This document shows, piece by piece, positions 26,036-38,229 of a stretch of DNA of 64,000 nt (within the stretch, counting starts at the first letter, position 1; each line of letters starts with the position of its first letter). The DNA comes from Lama glama (lineage: Eukaryota), in assembly GCA_028534125.1 (NCBI GenBank), contig CM052817.1, positions 31,994,001-32,058,000 of the forward strand, read 5' to 3'. Both the position numbers and the translations under genes were made by a program. Under the pieces are notes generated by a model, which was given only the letters and a program-made list of their open reading frames with translations, did no database searches and was not told the DNA's origin.

Positions 26036-27099
26036 ACAAAGATTTATAAGCCAAGGTCTTTGTCTGAAAGGAGCTCTGTAACCAAGAAAGACAAGCAAAA
26101 AGATCACAAAAGAGAGGCAGAAAGACATTGTAGTGACAGAAGTATGTACAAAGTAAAGAAGTGCTAAGAAGGAGGAGTAATTCTCTGGGGTGTGTTTCAG
26201 TGAAGGCTTCGCAAGGGGTAATATGAAAAGCAGGATTTTGAAATACCAACAGAGTTGACAAGGCAGGGAGGAGGGTCGTGCCAGGGGGAACAGTATAGGG
26301 GAACTGTGAGTGCAAAGAGCTGCAGGCTGTGTTTCTTATTATGATGAATGCTACAATAGAAGAGAGTGAAGTTCAAGAGAACAGAGGCCAAGCCAAGCCA
26401 TGAAAGGGCCTTATATTCTTTGCATGATAGGAGATTCCAAAACAACCTAAGGAAGGAACCACAGGACTGGATTTGTGTTTTAGATGGCTCGCCATCAGCT
26501 GCCTCTCCGAAATATGTCTGTGAGAGAATAAATTTGAGGCAGTGAGATGAAATGAGGACTGTGGCAATGGAGCTCAGAAAAAGAAAACAGAGGTTTTAGG
26601 AGTTAAACAAGCGGGTAGGGCTGATTGTTCACTGTTAACTTTCAGTACCAGGCTCGCAGCAGGCACTTAACAAGTATTTGTAGAATGAATAAATGACTAA
26701 ATGGTGGCCGAGTGTAACAGCATGACGTCTGATGAACAGAAGCCATGAACCCCACATTCAAATATAAACTTCCATTAATAGAACACTGAGCGGTTAAACC
26801 TCCTTTTACGTGTGCTGTTTTAATTGTAACAACACTATAAGGTAGGTCTTATTTCTATTTTTCAGATGAGAAAAACCTGAGGCTCAGCGAGAGCAAGAAT
26901 TTACCATGCCTGAGGTTCCAGAACTAGTCAGAAGCTAGGCTCAGAAGTCAGCCAGGCAGCCAATTGCGCATGCCTAATAATTATCAGCTACTACTTAGCC
27001 TAAAGCTTCAAAGAAACAAATGAACTACGTAAAGCCTAAAAACAGAGAAAGCCAAGAAAAGTAAGTAACACTCAACAAGGGTATAAAAGGGGGCTCCAG

Positions 27100-27780
27100 A
27101 ACGTTCCTGCTTGCGGGTCACTGAAGATCAACGCAGCGCGTCACAGCAGCTCAAAGCCAAGCCTCCGGCGCGGCGCAGGGAGGGGGTGAGCGGGGCGCGG
27201 GTCCGTAGGCTGGCGCAGCCGCAGTGCGGCCTGTGCGCGCCGCGGCCTTGTCGGGGAAGGGAGGAGGGACGAGCAGAGGAGGACGGCGCAGACAGACGCA
27301 GGCGCAGACGTCTATTCCGAGGCTGCTCGCCCTTAGACTCCACAGGGAGGTCTTAACGTCATTTCCTACTTAGGTCGCCAGTGCTTCCGGGTCGCGGTCA
27401 TTTTGATCCCGTTTCTGGGTGACTTCTTGGTGGCCGCATCCTTGACCGCTCCCCACCCCCAACTCCTCTGCAATCCCGCGCCTCTCCCGCCCTCCCCTCC
27501 CCCCCGGCCCCTCTCGGATCCCCTCCTGGCTTTCGCCCCTGGTCGCCCGCACTTGCCGCGCTGTTGCCCGCCGCTGTCGTCGGGAGGTGGGTGAAGTGAC
27601 GCAGAAAGCCCCATTCCGGCGCCCATCTACCCACTCACCACTTCCCCGCGGCCAGGCGCTCCCCTGCACCTTCCGCCATTTTCCCGCCTGCGAGGGTGGG
27701 CCGATCGCGCTTTGGGTCTCGGGCTCCTGGGTGCCGGTGACCGGGTTGGTGAGGGAGCGTGTCTGGGGGGTGTGGGTGGG
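27100..27780. promoter_or_regulatory. CpG island / OCIAD1 promoter
   Basis: Only strongly GC/CpG-rich stretch in the window; ETS/GABP-type CTTCCGG (27384-27390), CRE-ETS composite ACGTCATTTCC (27356-27366), YY1 CCGCCATTTT (27673-27682), GC boxes; CCAAT and NRF1-like TGCGCATGCC just upstream (26960-26974). Confidence 0.9.
27380..27586 (+). other. OCIAD1: Probable non-coding first exon of OCIAD1 (5' start uncertain)
   Basis: Lies in the CpG island from the ETS motif onward and ends at a donor-like GAG|GTGGGT (27586/27587); the next exon has only 5 nt of UTR before its ATG, so an upstream exon is needed. Confidence 0.65.
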
Positions 27781-28923
27781 AGGAATTATTGGTGACGGAT
27801 GTGTGTAGGTGTTGCAGGTGGGAGACGCAGTGGATGGGGGGATGGAGTGCGGGAATCGACTGTCATAGGACGAGGGGGGTGTAATTCAGTTTTTATTCTT
27901 TGGTATTAAGAGATTAAAATGATGTTGTCTAAAGGGCTTTTGTCAACCTTGGCAGTCTTTCTAGGTAGGATGCTGTTGTGGGAAATAAGGGATTTTTCTT
28001 TTACAGTTGTTTTGGTATGTAAGTAGCTTACTCAGCAGTCTCCATCCACCCATCCATGAATTTACTCTTTTTGTTTTTTTTCTTTAGCCAAGGAATTGGT
28101 GCGTAGTGAGTCTTCAGTGATGATTTATTAAATAAGTGAATTGTGAAATGGCCTCAGTTGCTATCCTCATCGCGTATGACATTTCCCGTTTTATTTAAAT
28201 TTCTTTAAAATGGGAACAGTCACGATCCTATGTGAACAGCCTGTAAAATACATAAATATCTAACTGTTGGGCTCTTAAATCTGGAGGCATGGATTAAAAA
28301 TAATAAGAGTATATGTTCTTTTTACATGTCGTATATTTTTCGAGGCCTCTCTTTGAGGAGGGAGGAAAGTTTAGAGGATACAGAATGTACTGTTAGCTTC
28401 ACGCCACAGGCAGAACGATATGACGTCTTTGTTATTTCATTTGTTTTGAAGTCCTGCTTTGTGGGAGAGGTTATATGTTTCCTGATGATTATTTCAATTT
28501 TTTAAAATGGAAGCGCAGAAATTACTTGGGATTTCTCCTCTTTTGGAGTATTATCCTAGTAATTGGACATATATTTCTGAAAGGATCCAAACATAGGATA
28601 ATGTGAAATAAACCAGCTTCAAGAGGAAAAATAATGTTTTTTAAAAAAATTTAATAACCTCTTGTATCTTAATTTGATAAAATCAGTTGGTAACTACTTA
28701 GCAAAGCATCTATTTTTCAATTAAGGGATCTAAATTATAGATCTGTGACTTTTTTGTTTAGGTAAATTTTTATGTTGAGTACTTCAGATGTCGTAGCGTT
28801 TAGTAAATATTTATTGATTGGCTGCCATGTAGACTAGTAATTTTACTATACTATATCTTGATTTATTTTGACCAATCTCAATCGTTTCTAATACCTAACA
28901 TAAATGTTTTTGATGCAGGAAAG

Positions 28924-28981
28924 ATGAATGGGAGGGCTGATTATCGAGAACCAAATGCAGAAGTTCCAAGACCAATTCCCC
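28924..28981 (+). CDS. OCIAD1: OCIAD1 coding exon 1 (exon starts at 28919)
   Basis: Acceptor tgatgcag|GAAAG then ATG; encodes MNGRADYREPNAEVPRPIP + C; donor C|gtaact. Confidence 0.96.
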
Positions 28982-29410
28982 GTAACTATCAATTAAGTAT
29001 TTATAACTAGAAGCACTTTTTATGAAGAGAAATTTTCACTGCCTTGAGTAATAGTAGCCACTGGACTGGCTTCATGGGTCTGTGACCTGTGCAGTCACAC
29101 ACAGATCCACACTTGGTTTAATGATGTACTCTTGCCATTTTTAATTCTTCATTTGAACAAAAGGTTTCAAATTTTAATTTTCCTCTGGACCCAGCCCATT
29201 CTGTAGCCATTCCTGACTACATAGCCAGTGAATGGTAACACAGACTTGCATGTTTGAAGTAAAGGTTTGCTTAAAGTATACAAGCCACTCGTTCCATTAC
29301 TTAATTAAAAAAAAAAAAGTGTGTTTTGTTAATGTTTAGACTGAGGTAATTTTTTACACTTAGTTTTTCCATGGATGTTTTAATGTTTGCCAATTTTCCT
29401 TGATAAAAAG

Positions 29411-29491
29411 ACATAGGGGCTGATTACATTCCAACAGAGGAAGAAAGAAGAGTCTTTGCAGAATGCAATGATGAAAGCTTCTGGTTCAGAT
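29411..29491 (+). CDS. OCIAD1: OCIAD1 coding exon 2
   Basis: aaaaag|AC...AGAT|gtaagt; 81 nt; (H)IGADYIPTEEERRVFAECNDESFWFR. Confidence 0.96.
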
Positions 29492-29630
29492 GTAAGTTAA
29501 ATTTTCTAATCAACAAAATCTGACCATAGGACCTGAAATTACAATGATTTCATACACTAATGCAGACTTTTGGCATTAGTGTAATTATTGCTAAAAGAAG
29601 TTGACTAAGGAAATAGAATTATATACATTT

Positions 29631-29730
29631 ATTTAAATTTTTTATTGAAATAATAGTTGACATATGATAATATGTTAGTTTCAAGCATACTACATAGTAG
29701 TTTGACATTTGCATACATCATGAAATGATC
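29631..29730 (-). mobile_element. Short 5'-truncated L1 3' end
   Basis: tttttattgaaataatagttgacat... L1 3'-UTR pattern; imperfect TSD agaattatatacattt (29615) / agaattgtatgcattt (29731). Confidence 0.7.
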
Positions 29731-32192
29731 AGAATTGTATGCATTTTAAAATAGTGATTTCTGGAACTTTTGTCAAGACCATGAAGTATTTTTGTTGGTT
29801 ATAATAATAGCATTTAACTGATTATACATGGATTATGTAAAAACAACCCAATAAGGTTGATAACTGTTACCCTCACTTTAAAGATGAAGAAATTGAGGTT
29901 TGGAGATGTTAAAGAGTTATCCAGTGTTACACAGCTGGTAAGCAGTGGTGTCTAGACTTGAAGCCAGCTCATGATTTTAACTCTTAAACTTTCAATCATT
30001 ACGTGATAAAAACTGGTTAGTTTCTGTTTTATCATTGTGAGATGTTACTACATTACTAGCTGTTGATTTCTTACTAGAGACCTTATACATGAAGATTTTA
30101 TTTTTAAAAACAGAATGCTGAAAGCAACACAAAACATAATCTTCCTTTTGAATAGAACCCTGTTGTTGATTGACTTGATCACTGCAATCCTTTCAGATAA
30201 GGTAATTCTAAAAAAAAAAAAGCAAGATGGCATTTGTAAAGGGAGGAGGTAACTTATTAAAGAGGATGTATGTTTTCATCAGTCTGCCTGGTATTTATGT
30301 AGTGTGTAAGTTACTATGCTTGGAAGATGTTTTATGAGACATAGTCTTTGTCCTGAAGTAGTTTTATGATGTAGTTGAAACAGAGCTAACTCATGAAGCA
30401 CTTTGATAAAGATTAAGTGCATAACAGTGATAGAAATGTTAAAAAGAGATAAATAAATTGAAATTGATTTAGCTAAAAAGACATTGTTAAACAAGTGAGA
30501 CTTAACTAATTGGACTTCAGGTGAATGAATGGTGGAGAAGCATTTAGATGAAAGGAATAGTGAGCAAAGGCAGAATCTGCAATAACTTGATCTCAACTAG
30601 AGCTTTGAGGCTGAACTGATTGGAGCAGAGGTCTTTTATTGGGGGTAGAAAATAAACATAATACTCAGGAGTTAAAGATTTGATTTATTATATATTGTAG
30701 GTTCTTGGGCCAAGGGGATGATACGTAAGATTTTTAAGGAAACATTAGTTAGCAGTGTACAGGATGGGTTAGAAGGATGAGAAGGTGTACAGCTCGTTGT
30801 CTCTTTGCACAAATACACAGGTAATGAAAGAATCTACATAAAAGGGTTAGTTTAATGTGTATTATATTTTACAGTAGGTCTCAACCTCTGAAATTGCTGA
30901 AAAGGTGTATGAATTCATATTTGTCTCATTCATCTTTTATAGGGTTTTGTGAATAATATTTCATACATGTGTACTTCTGGTTTTCAAATGAGACAGTATA
31001 GTGATTTATAAGAGCATTGACTGAGGCCTGACTGTATGGATTCAAATAACAGCTCTATCACATATTAGCTTTGAGATTTGGGAGAAGTTCCTGATGTTTG
31101 TATGCTTCAGTTTCCCTATCTGTTACTTGGAGGTGCTATTGACCAATCTCATTGAAATGTTCTAGGAATTAATTCAATTTAATTTGTTATAAATGTTAAG
31201 GTATTTTATTAAATGGCTGTTAATGCTATTGTGATTAATAAAATAAAAGTTTCTGTTGAAAACAATGAATTTAGAGAAGCACTTTGCTAGTATAGGAGAA
31301 GAAGAGTTAAAGGAATTTTAGGAGTCCTTGTGTTGGATATGATTGGGACCATGGCCATAATACAGAATAGTGTTTGGTCAGCAGTGCTACTGAATGGCCT
31401 TAAGAAACATTATTTAATAGACTCTGTCTGCAGTAGGAATCATGTAGTGCAGTAGAAAAGGCCACTGACCTGGGAGTCAGGAGACTTGGGTTTTGATCTC
31501 AGCTCCACCAAAAACTAACCATTTGTGTTGCTTTGATCAAATGACTTGTTCTTTCTGGGTATCAGTACTCTGATTAGGATGAAGACTAGATAATCTCTGA
31601 AGTCTTTTTGAATTTTACCATTCTCTTTGACAATACATGAATTGAATAGATACCTTAGTTCTAATCTGTTACCTTTGATAGCATGAAAAGAAGTTAAGAG
31701 ATTTATGCAAAGACCATGGTGAGTGGCAGAACTAGTGCTGGAATCTCCTTAACCAGATGATTACTCTTTGCGTCATACCATCTTGGCCTAGGAAGAAAGC
31801 AAAATGGGGAAAATATTGTCCATTGTAGAGATGGTCAACTAACTCATTGCCTTTTATTCTTATATGATTCTTCAGTGCTTCATGTTGCAATCCTTGAATT
31901 AAACTGAAGGAAAAAAATGATTGCAACTTGTCCTGATGCTATAATTAAAAGGGCTTATCCTTTGAAAAACCTTGAATAATAATGCATGAAGACATTCTAA
32001 CCAACCACCATTAGATCATTTTTCCAGCAAATGTAAAATCTGTTTGTAAGGAGTAGAGCAAAGATTCAGACCTTAGGGTTTCTGCAAATTGTGTCTGATG
32101 GCAGTATTCCAGAGTTACGGGTTTTAATCATGAAATCTCTGTAATAATTCAGATGTCTTAATGACTTTGCTTCTTAAATTGCCCAGACTAGA

Positions 32193-32510
32193 CCAGGGTT
32201 GAGCAAGCTACAGTTCAAGGACCAAATCTGTTTTTGTATGGCTATAAGCTAAGAATGTGTTTTACATTTCTTAATAGCTGAAAAAAAAAGTCAAAAGAAG
32301 AATATTTCATTACATGTGAAAATTACATGAAATTCATATTTTTGCATCCATAAAAAGTTTTACTGGAACACAGTTGTGTTCATTTGCTTATGTATTGTCT
32401 CAGTGCTTTTGCTTTAAAATGGCAGTTAAGTAGTTAGAACAAAGACTGGCCCACAAAACCTAAAATATTTACCACATAGCTCTTTACAGAACATTTCCCA
32501 GCCCCTAGTC
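32193..32510. mobile_element. hAT-Charlie MITE (MER58-like)
   Basis: cagggttgagcaagct...ggcccacaaaacctaaaatatttacc...cagcccct. Confidence 0.65.
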
Positions 32511-32559
32511 TGGAACCGCACTGTTCAGTGTAGCAGCCACATGTAGCTATTTCAATTTA

Positions 32560-33030
32560 AAATAACTTACAGCAGAAAAGATACAAAGGAAAATCAGCAA
32601 AGAGAAAGGAGTGTGGGTGAAATCCAGAGGAGACCAGGCACAAGCTTCTAAGTGTCCTCTCCCAGTGGGGTCACACAAAGAATGTGCTAAATTTCTCTAT
32701 TCGCATGTTGTAGTAACACATATGAAGTATTATCTACCAAAGAGTCCCGTTAGAGACTCAACACCCAGGGTTTTTATCAGGTGCTGGTCACGTAGGCACC
32801 CTCAGCCTGGCAGATAACAAAATTCCAGACTCCCAGAAGGAAAGGAGGTGTTTAGTGTGAACTGTATTTGTACAAATGATTTGGCATAATGAGCCACTTA
32901 CCATTCGGGTAAAGTTTTCTACCAGTTTACCAGTCAAGCTCCCAGATACAAGCTGAGGACCAACTTTGCAAGCAGGCCTTTGTAAGGAAAGCAGTCTCAG
33001 GGCTGCTGTGTTAACTTTTTCCTGCATACT
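32560..33030. mobile_element. MER21-like LTR fragment
   Basis: aaatccagaggagaccaggcacaagcttc...tcctctcccagtggggtcacac and aattccagactcccagaaggaaag motifs. Confidence 0.55.
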
Positions 33031-33919
33031 ACCTAGCTGGAAAACAGATACAGACTGCTCTCGTCATTGAAGAAAATTCTTTTGGACAGTGTGGGTGTAG
33101 AAGACTGATTTCTTAAATTATGAGCCCCTTTGAAATTAAGATGAGAGCTTTGGATTTTTCAGTTTGGGTTAATGTGCATATATACATCATATTTTCATTT
33201 AGTTTTTTTGGAATTCACTAATTTAGGAGAAAGAGCATTAGTATTTAAAATATATGCTTTTTAATTCTTGCCCTGATCACCATAATGATTTTGGGTAAAT
33301 ATATCTTGTATATTGGTTCACTCAGTATAATATTGAACTTAAAAACTTGAGATCTGGTATCAGATAGAATTCACTGGAATCCAGAACCTGCCATTCAAGT
33401 GGCTGTGTGACCTTCAACAAATTACTTAGCATCTCTAAACATCAGTTTCCTTGTCTTTAAAAGGATAGTAATAATAATAATACCTACCTCATAGAGATGT
33501 GGTAAAAAGTAAATGAGATAATGTACATTAGGCACTTAGCAGTTACTCAGTAGTGGCTCTTGTTATTTATAATATGCTTCTTGCCTCCCTCAACATTAAT
33601 TTTTTCCACCTTTAACTCCAGAAGTAACTTGGTCAGTATTTACTATGTTGTTTTAATTGATGATGTTAGTGAATGGCTTTTAGAGCCTAAATCTGGGTGG
33701 TTCTTAAATGATATTGTTTAATATTTTCTTAAATTTAAAATGCTTTTTATATTTCTCTGAATATATACAATACAGCTTTTAAAAGTGGAAAAATGTCTTA
33801 AAGATGTTAATTGTGCGACTTACTTCCTAATTGGTTTTACGGATACATGTTTGTTCTAATGAACTGAGACAAAATCTTTCCCTTTTGTTGGTGTTGACAA
33901 GTTCTTTTTCCCCCTATAG

Positions 33920-33973
33920 CTGTACCTTTGGCTGCAACAAGTATGTTGATTACTCAAGGATTGATTAGTAAAG
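33920..33973 (+). CDS. OCIAD1: OCIAD1 coding exon 3
   Basis: ccctatag|CT...AAAG|gtaaat; 54 nt; (S)VPLAATSMLITQGLISK. Confidence 0.96.
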
Positions 33974-36900
33974 GTAAATATTTTAAACTTTGAATTTGTT
34001 TAGCACTTTGGATATCATAATATTTTATTTTCCTCATCTTTAGCTAACTCACATGTGGGAATGTGTCATATTAAACATCACTGATAAATTTCTGCAACAT
34101 CAGAAGAGTTATGTCTCCATGGTTCCAATGATTCAAATATTAAATTTGAGAATTTGATGTCCTCCTACACGATAGTAACTTTAACACTATAAGAGCAAAA
34201 AAGTAACTAAAAGCCAGTGGTAGTTTACAGGAAGACAGACAAACCTGGTGTAGGTATGCCATCCACATCACTATCACCTAGGAGCTTGTTAGAAATGCAA
34301 ATTCACGGCCCCATCCCAGACCTATTGAATCGGAATGTTTGAGTTATGGTTCCAGGTGATTCTTACGTACTGGCTTAAAGGTCAGGAGTTCCCCAGCTCC
34401 CTAAACCAGATTTGTCTTAAAATAATGGAGTGGGGATCCTTCCTTGTCCCAAGTTCTATTGCCTTAGATCATGGAGTTGAGTTTAGATTAAGTATTAAAT
34501 GTGTCAGTCTCTACATCTTTAAATTTGGTGGTATTAACAATAGAAATAAATGCTCATTACATTTGTTTTGTGAATTGTCTTCTTGGAATTAGAAGGTGTT
34601 CAGAAAAGGATGGTTACCTTAGGATGCCGCTATATATCCTACAAATCTATTCTTTAAATTAACTAGCTCCTCCTAAAATGTGACTATGATAGGAAGTTTT
34701 AGCCTTTTCACGTTAGCAGAATGAAGTACTTTACTTAGACAGCATAGCAACACAACTAGTTGAAAAGAGTAGTTTTGGAGGGAAGTGGGAGGACTTTTTA
34801 CGTAAAATTTTGTTTTTATTTCAAGAATTCCCAAAGAACCTCATTAGAGTGTGTTACTGTGACAGGAATTTTTAAAATGCAAACAAGTCAAGACATACAT
34901 CCTCTTAGACGTCTTTTAGGACTAAGTTGTTTTATAGACTAGGATTGTTTCTGTAGTGTGAAATAGACATTTTAATCACATTACTTTTAAGGAAAAACTG
35001 GCACAGGGAGCTATGAATGGAGAGGTTATAGAGTCTTACTGTACTGCCCATTTTATTTCTCTTAGTTCTGTGAGTCATTTAACTAATGATTGGAGCTAGG
35101 CATTTGGGGGAGTAAGTGGAATTATACAGATGAAATTTAAGAGCTGCTCGTAGTTCATGTGAGGAAACAATGTGAACACAATGTTGAAGCAAATAGAGAA
35201 TACAATTAAACATTTAATAAGCTTCTAAGTTGTATAGTAGAGACTAAAATAGCTGTAGGTTTTCCAGAAGAAAGATCTCTGCTGGGCTACTGTAATGAAG
35301 GAAAAATTCTGAAAAGAAGGGAATTTAGGAAATGAGCAGAAATTAGATTAAAAGAGAAGAATATCTCAGGAAGGAAGGATTTGGTTATCAGAATAATAAG
35401 CATGACTGTTGGGAGGGACAGTAGGAGACTGGCATGGCTGGAGTGGCAGAATTGCTCGAGTGGAAACTCCATTGAATAGGTGAGGTAGAAGCAGGAGAAA
35501 CGGTCATTTTGAGTAGGTTTCAAAGAAGGTAAAATTTTGGAGCTTTTGGGCTTAAGAAGAGTAGGAGACTGGACAGCTTGAATTAAGGCAGAAGCAGCAA
35601 AAATTCAGAGGATCAAATTGCATCTACTCACTTAGACATTTTATCTTCAGCAATGAAATCACACCACTGTTGGATTATTTTTTTGCCTAGCTTGGGAATG
35701 CCTCGCTCCTACATGTAACTAATTATACACATAACTGAACCAGACAGAGAAATTCCCTTTTTCTGGTTGCACGTACACCCTGATAGGACTGTTCTGATGT
35801 AATTAGAGTGAATCCTACTGAAAATATTAGGGCCTAGTACTGAGGAGACAGATTATTCTTGTAGCAAAAATCCTCTTGGATTCCTCGTCACCATTTGGTG
35901 ATTAATTATTTGACTTGTCATTAATGATGATTTATGCTTCTGTGATCTCATTAGCAAAAGTCATGCCATGAGCAGCAACAGTGTTCAACGTCTTTCTCTG
36001 TAACTGTTCATAATGACTGAGCCTGGAGCCTTTCAGTGGAATTTAGTAATCCATTTTTCAGAAAGGATAAACTGTTGAAAATGACTTAACCTAATTTGTG
36101 GAATAACATTTTCTGTTGAGTATGTCATCTTTACACCTTGGTCAGAGTTGTTGTATTGCTGAGGCTTTGATGCTTTGAGTGAAAAATACAGAAAAGAACA
36201 TTGAGTGATATGTCACTCATTTAACTATTAACCAGAATTAAGGGCTTTTGTTATTACTGAAATTGTATTGGGGTCTTATTTTTTGGGGTGAGGTATTCTA
36301 ATTAGAAAGTCAATCTCAAAATAAAAAATGGGAGAGACTTTAGAAAAGGAATTCAGAATCCATCAAGACATTCTGCATTTAATCCAAATGCCTAACATCT
36401 TGTATATGCTTTCGTCTACAGTGTGTCATACTCTTCCTAGTCTTAGCTGCTCCCTGTATCCTCATTCCTTTTCGATCAAAACATTTAAACATGCTCAGGT
36501 CTGTTCTAACTTGAGAACATAAAAAAGAAAAATCTTCTTTTATATCCCTTTACAGCTGCTCCCAGCTGTCTTGCGTTTGAAACCAGACTTCATAAATGAG
36601 CACTGAACTTTTTATTTCTTTTAACCCACTGCAGTCTGTGTCATAGATTATGCATGTATTCTAACATGAACTAAAACTTTTACCAACACAGCCTCTTTGT
36701 TGCTTAAATTCAATGGACAGTTTTTGTTTTTGACCATTTTACAACTTTAACCAGTCCTTAAAATTTTACTCTTCCCTTGGTTTCCATTACAGCACATTCT
36801 TCTGGTTTTTCTCCTATCTCAGTCAACTTCTCCATTTTTTCATAAGTTTTTTGAGTGTCTGATATGCACTATACACTGTTTTTGGTATTCAGCACTAAAA

Positions 36901-37471
36901 GACAAAAAATCTGTGAACTCTTGGTGCTTACATTCTAGTGTGAGCGCTCTTACTTCACTTGTGGTGTTCTTCACAGTTTGACTTTGAGTTTCAGTCTGTA
37001 TACTATCCAGCAATAATACGGGCTTTCGTGACATTTATTGCTCTAAATCACATGATTTTCTCTAGCTAAGATATCTGCTCCAGATTCATAATCTGCATAT
37101 CTCCACGTGGATGGCCCTCCTACAAGCTCCTCGAACATTGTAAACTGAGCTCATTTCTCCACAAATCAGTTCCTTTGTATTCCCCATATCTGAAAGACAT
37201 CACTCTCCATCCAAGAAACTGAGGCATTTTCCTTCCATTCTATGCCTTACCTGCTTTGTTCAACAAATGTTCATTCTCTATTCCAGCTCTTAAATATCTC
37301 TGTAGACTGTCTACCTCCATCTACACTCCCATTGCAGTTAATGCAGCCGTCTGTTGCCAAGAGTATTACATTAGCTTCAACAAGTGTATTTGCCTCCCTT
37401 GCTACTTTCCTTTAGAAAATGGACTCTGGCACCTGACAAAGGACATGGTGCATGTAGTAGACACCCAAGTA

Positions 37472-37946
37472 CAGGTATACCTCATTTTATTGAGTTTCAC
37501 AAATATTGTGGGTTTGTTTGTTTAACAGATTGAAGGTTTGTGACAACCCTGCACTGAGCAAGTCTTTATTGGTACCATTTTTCCAACAGGATTTGTTCAC
37601 TTTATTGTCTCTGTATCACATTTTGGTAATACTTGCAGTATTTCAAGCTTTTTCATTATATTTGTCATGGTGATTTGTGATTAGTGATCCTTGTTACTAT
37701 TGCAAAAAGATTACAGCTCACTGAAGGCTCAGATGATGGTTACCATTTTTAAGTAAGAAAGTATTTTTTAATTAAGGTATGTACTTTGTTTTTTAGACAT
37801 CGTAGTATTGCACATTTAATACACTACAGTATAGTGTAGACATAAATTTTATCTGCACAGGGAAACCAGAAAATTTGTGTGATTTGCTTTATTGCTTTAT
37901 TTCTGTGATCTAGAACCGAACCTGCAATATCTCTGAGTTATGCCTG
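37472..37946 (+). mobile_element. Non-autonomous Tigger1 derivative
   Basis: Terminal inverted repeats CAGGTATACCTC ... GAGTTATGCCTG, preceded by TA; the two Tigger1 ends are joined near 37700 with no transposase. Confidence 0.85.
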
Positions 37947-38229
37947 GTTTTCAGTGGGAGAATAGCAACCATCACACTGTGTTCTGTTTGTCTTCATTCA
38001 CCCTCTAGAGTATAAACTCTGCGAGGGTGACGAGTGTCTTGTTTACTGTTACATTCCTCCTTCCTAGCATGTAGTGCCTGTGTGTTATAAGTGGTCTGTA
38101 GGTATTTGGTGACAGAATAAAGGAACAACTTTTTTGTATAAATATAGATATTATTATCATCCTCCCTTTTCTCCTCATCACCTCAGCTGTCTAAGTGAAG
38201 GAACTGAGGCTAGCAGCGTAAATCAGTTC

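Noticed and set aside
27111..27808. Several overlapping Arg/Gly/Pro-rich ORFs on both strands
   Set aside because: Expected by-product of stop-poor CpG-island sequence; no recognisable protein.
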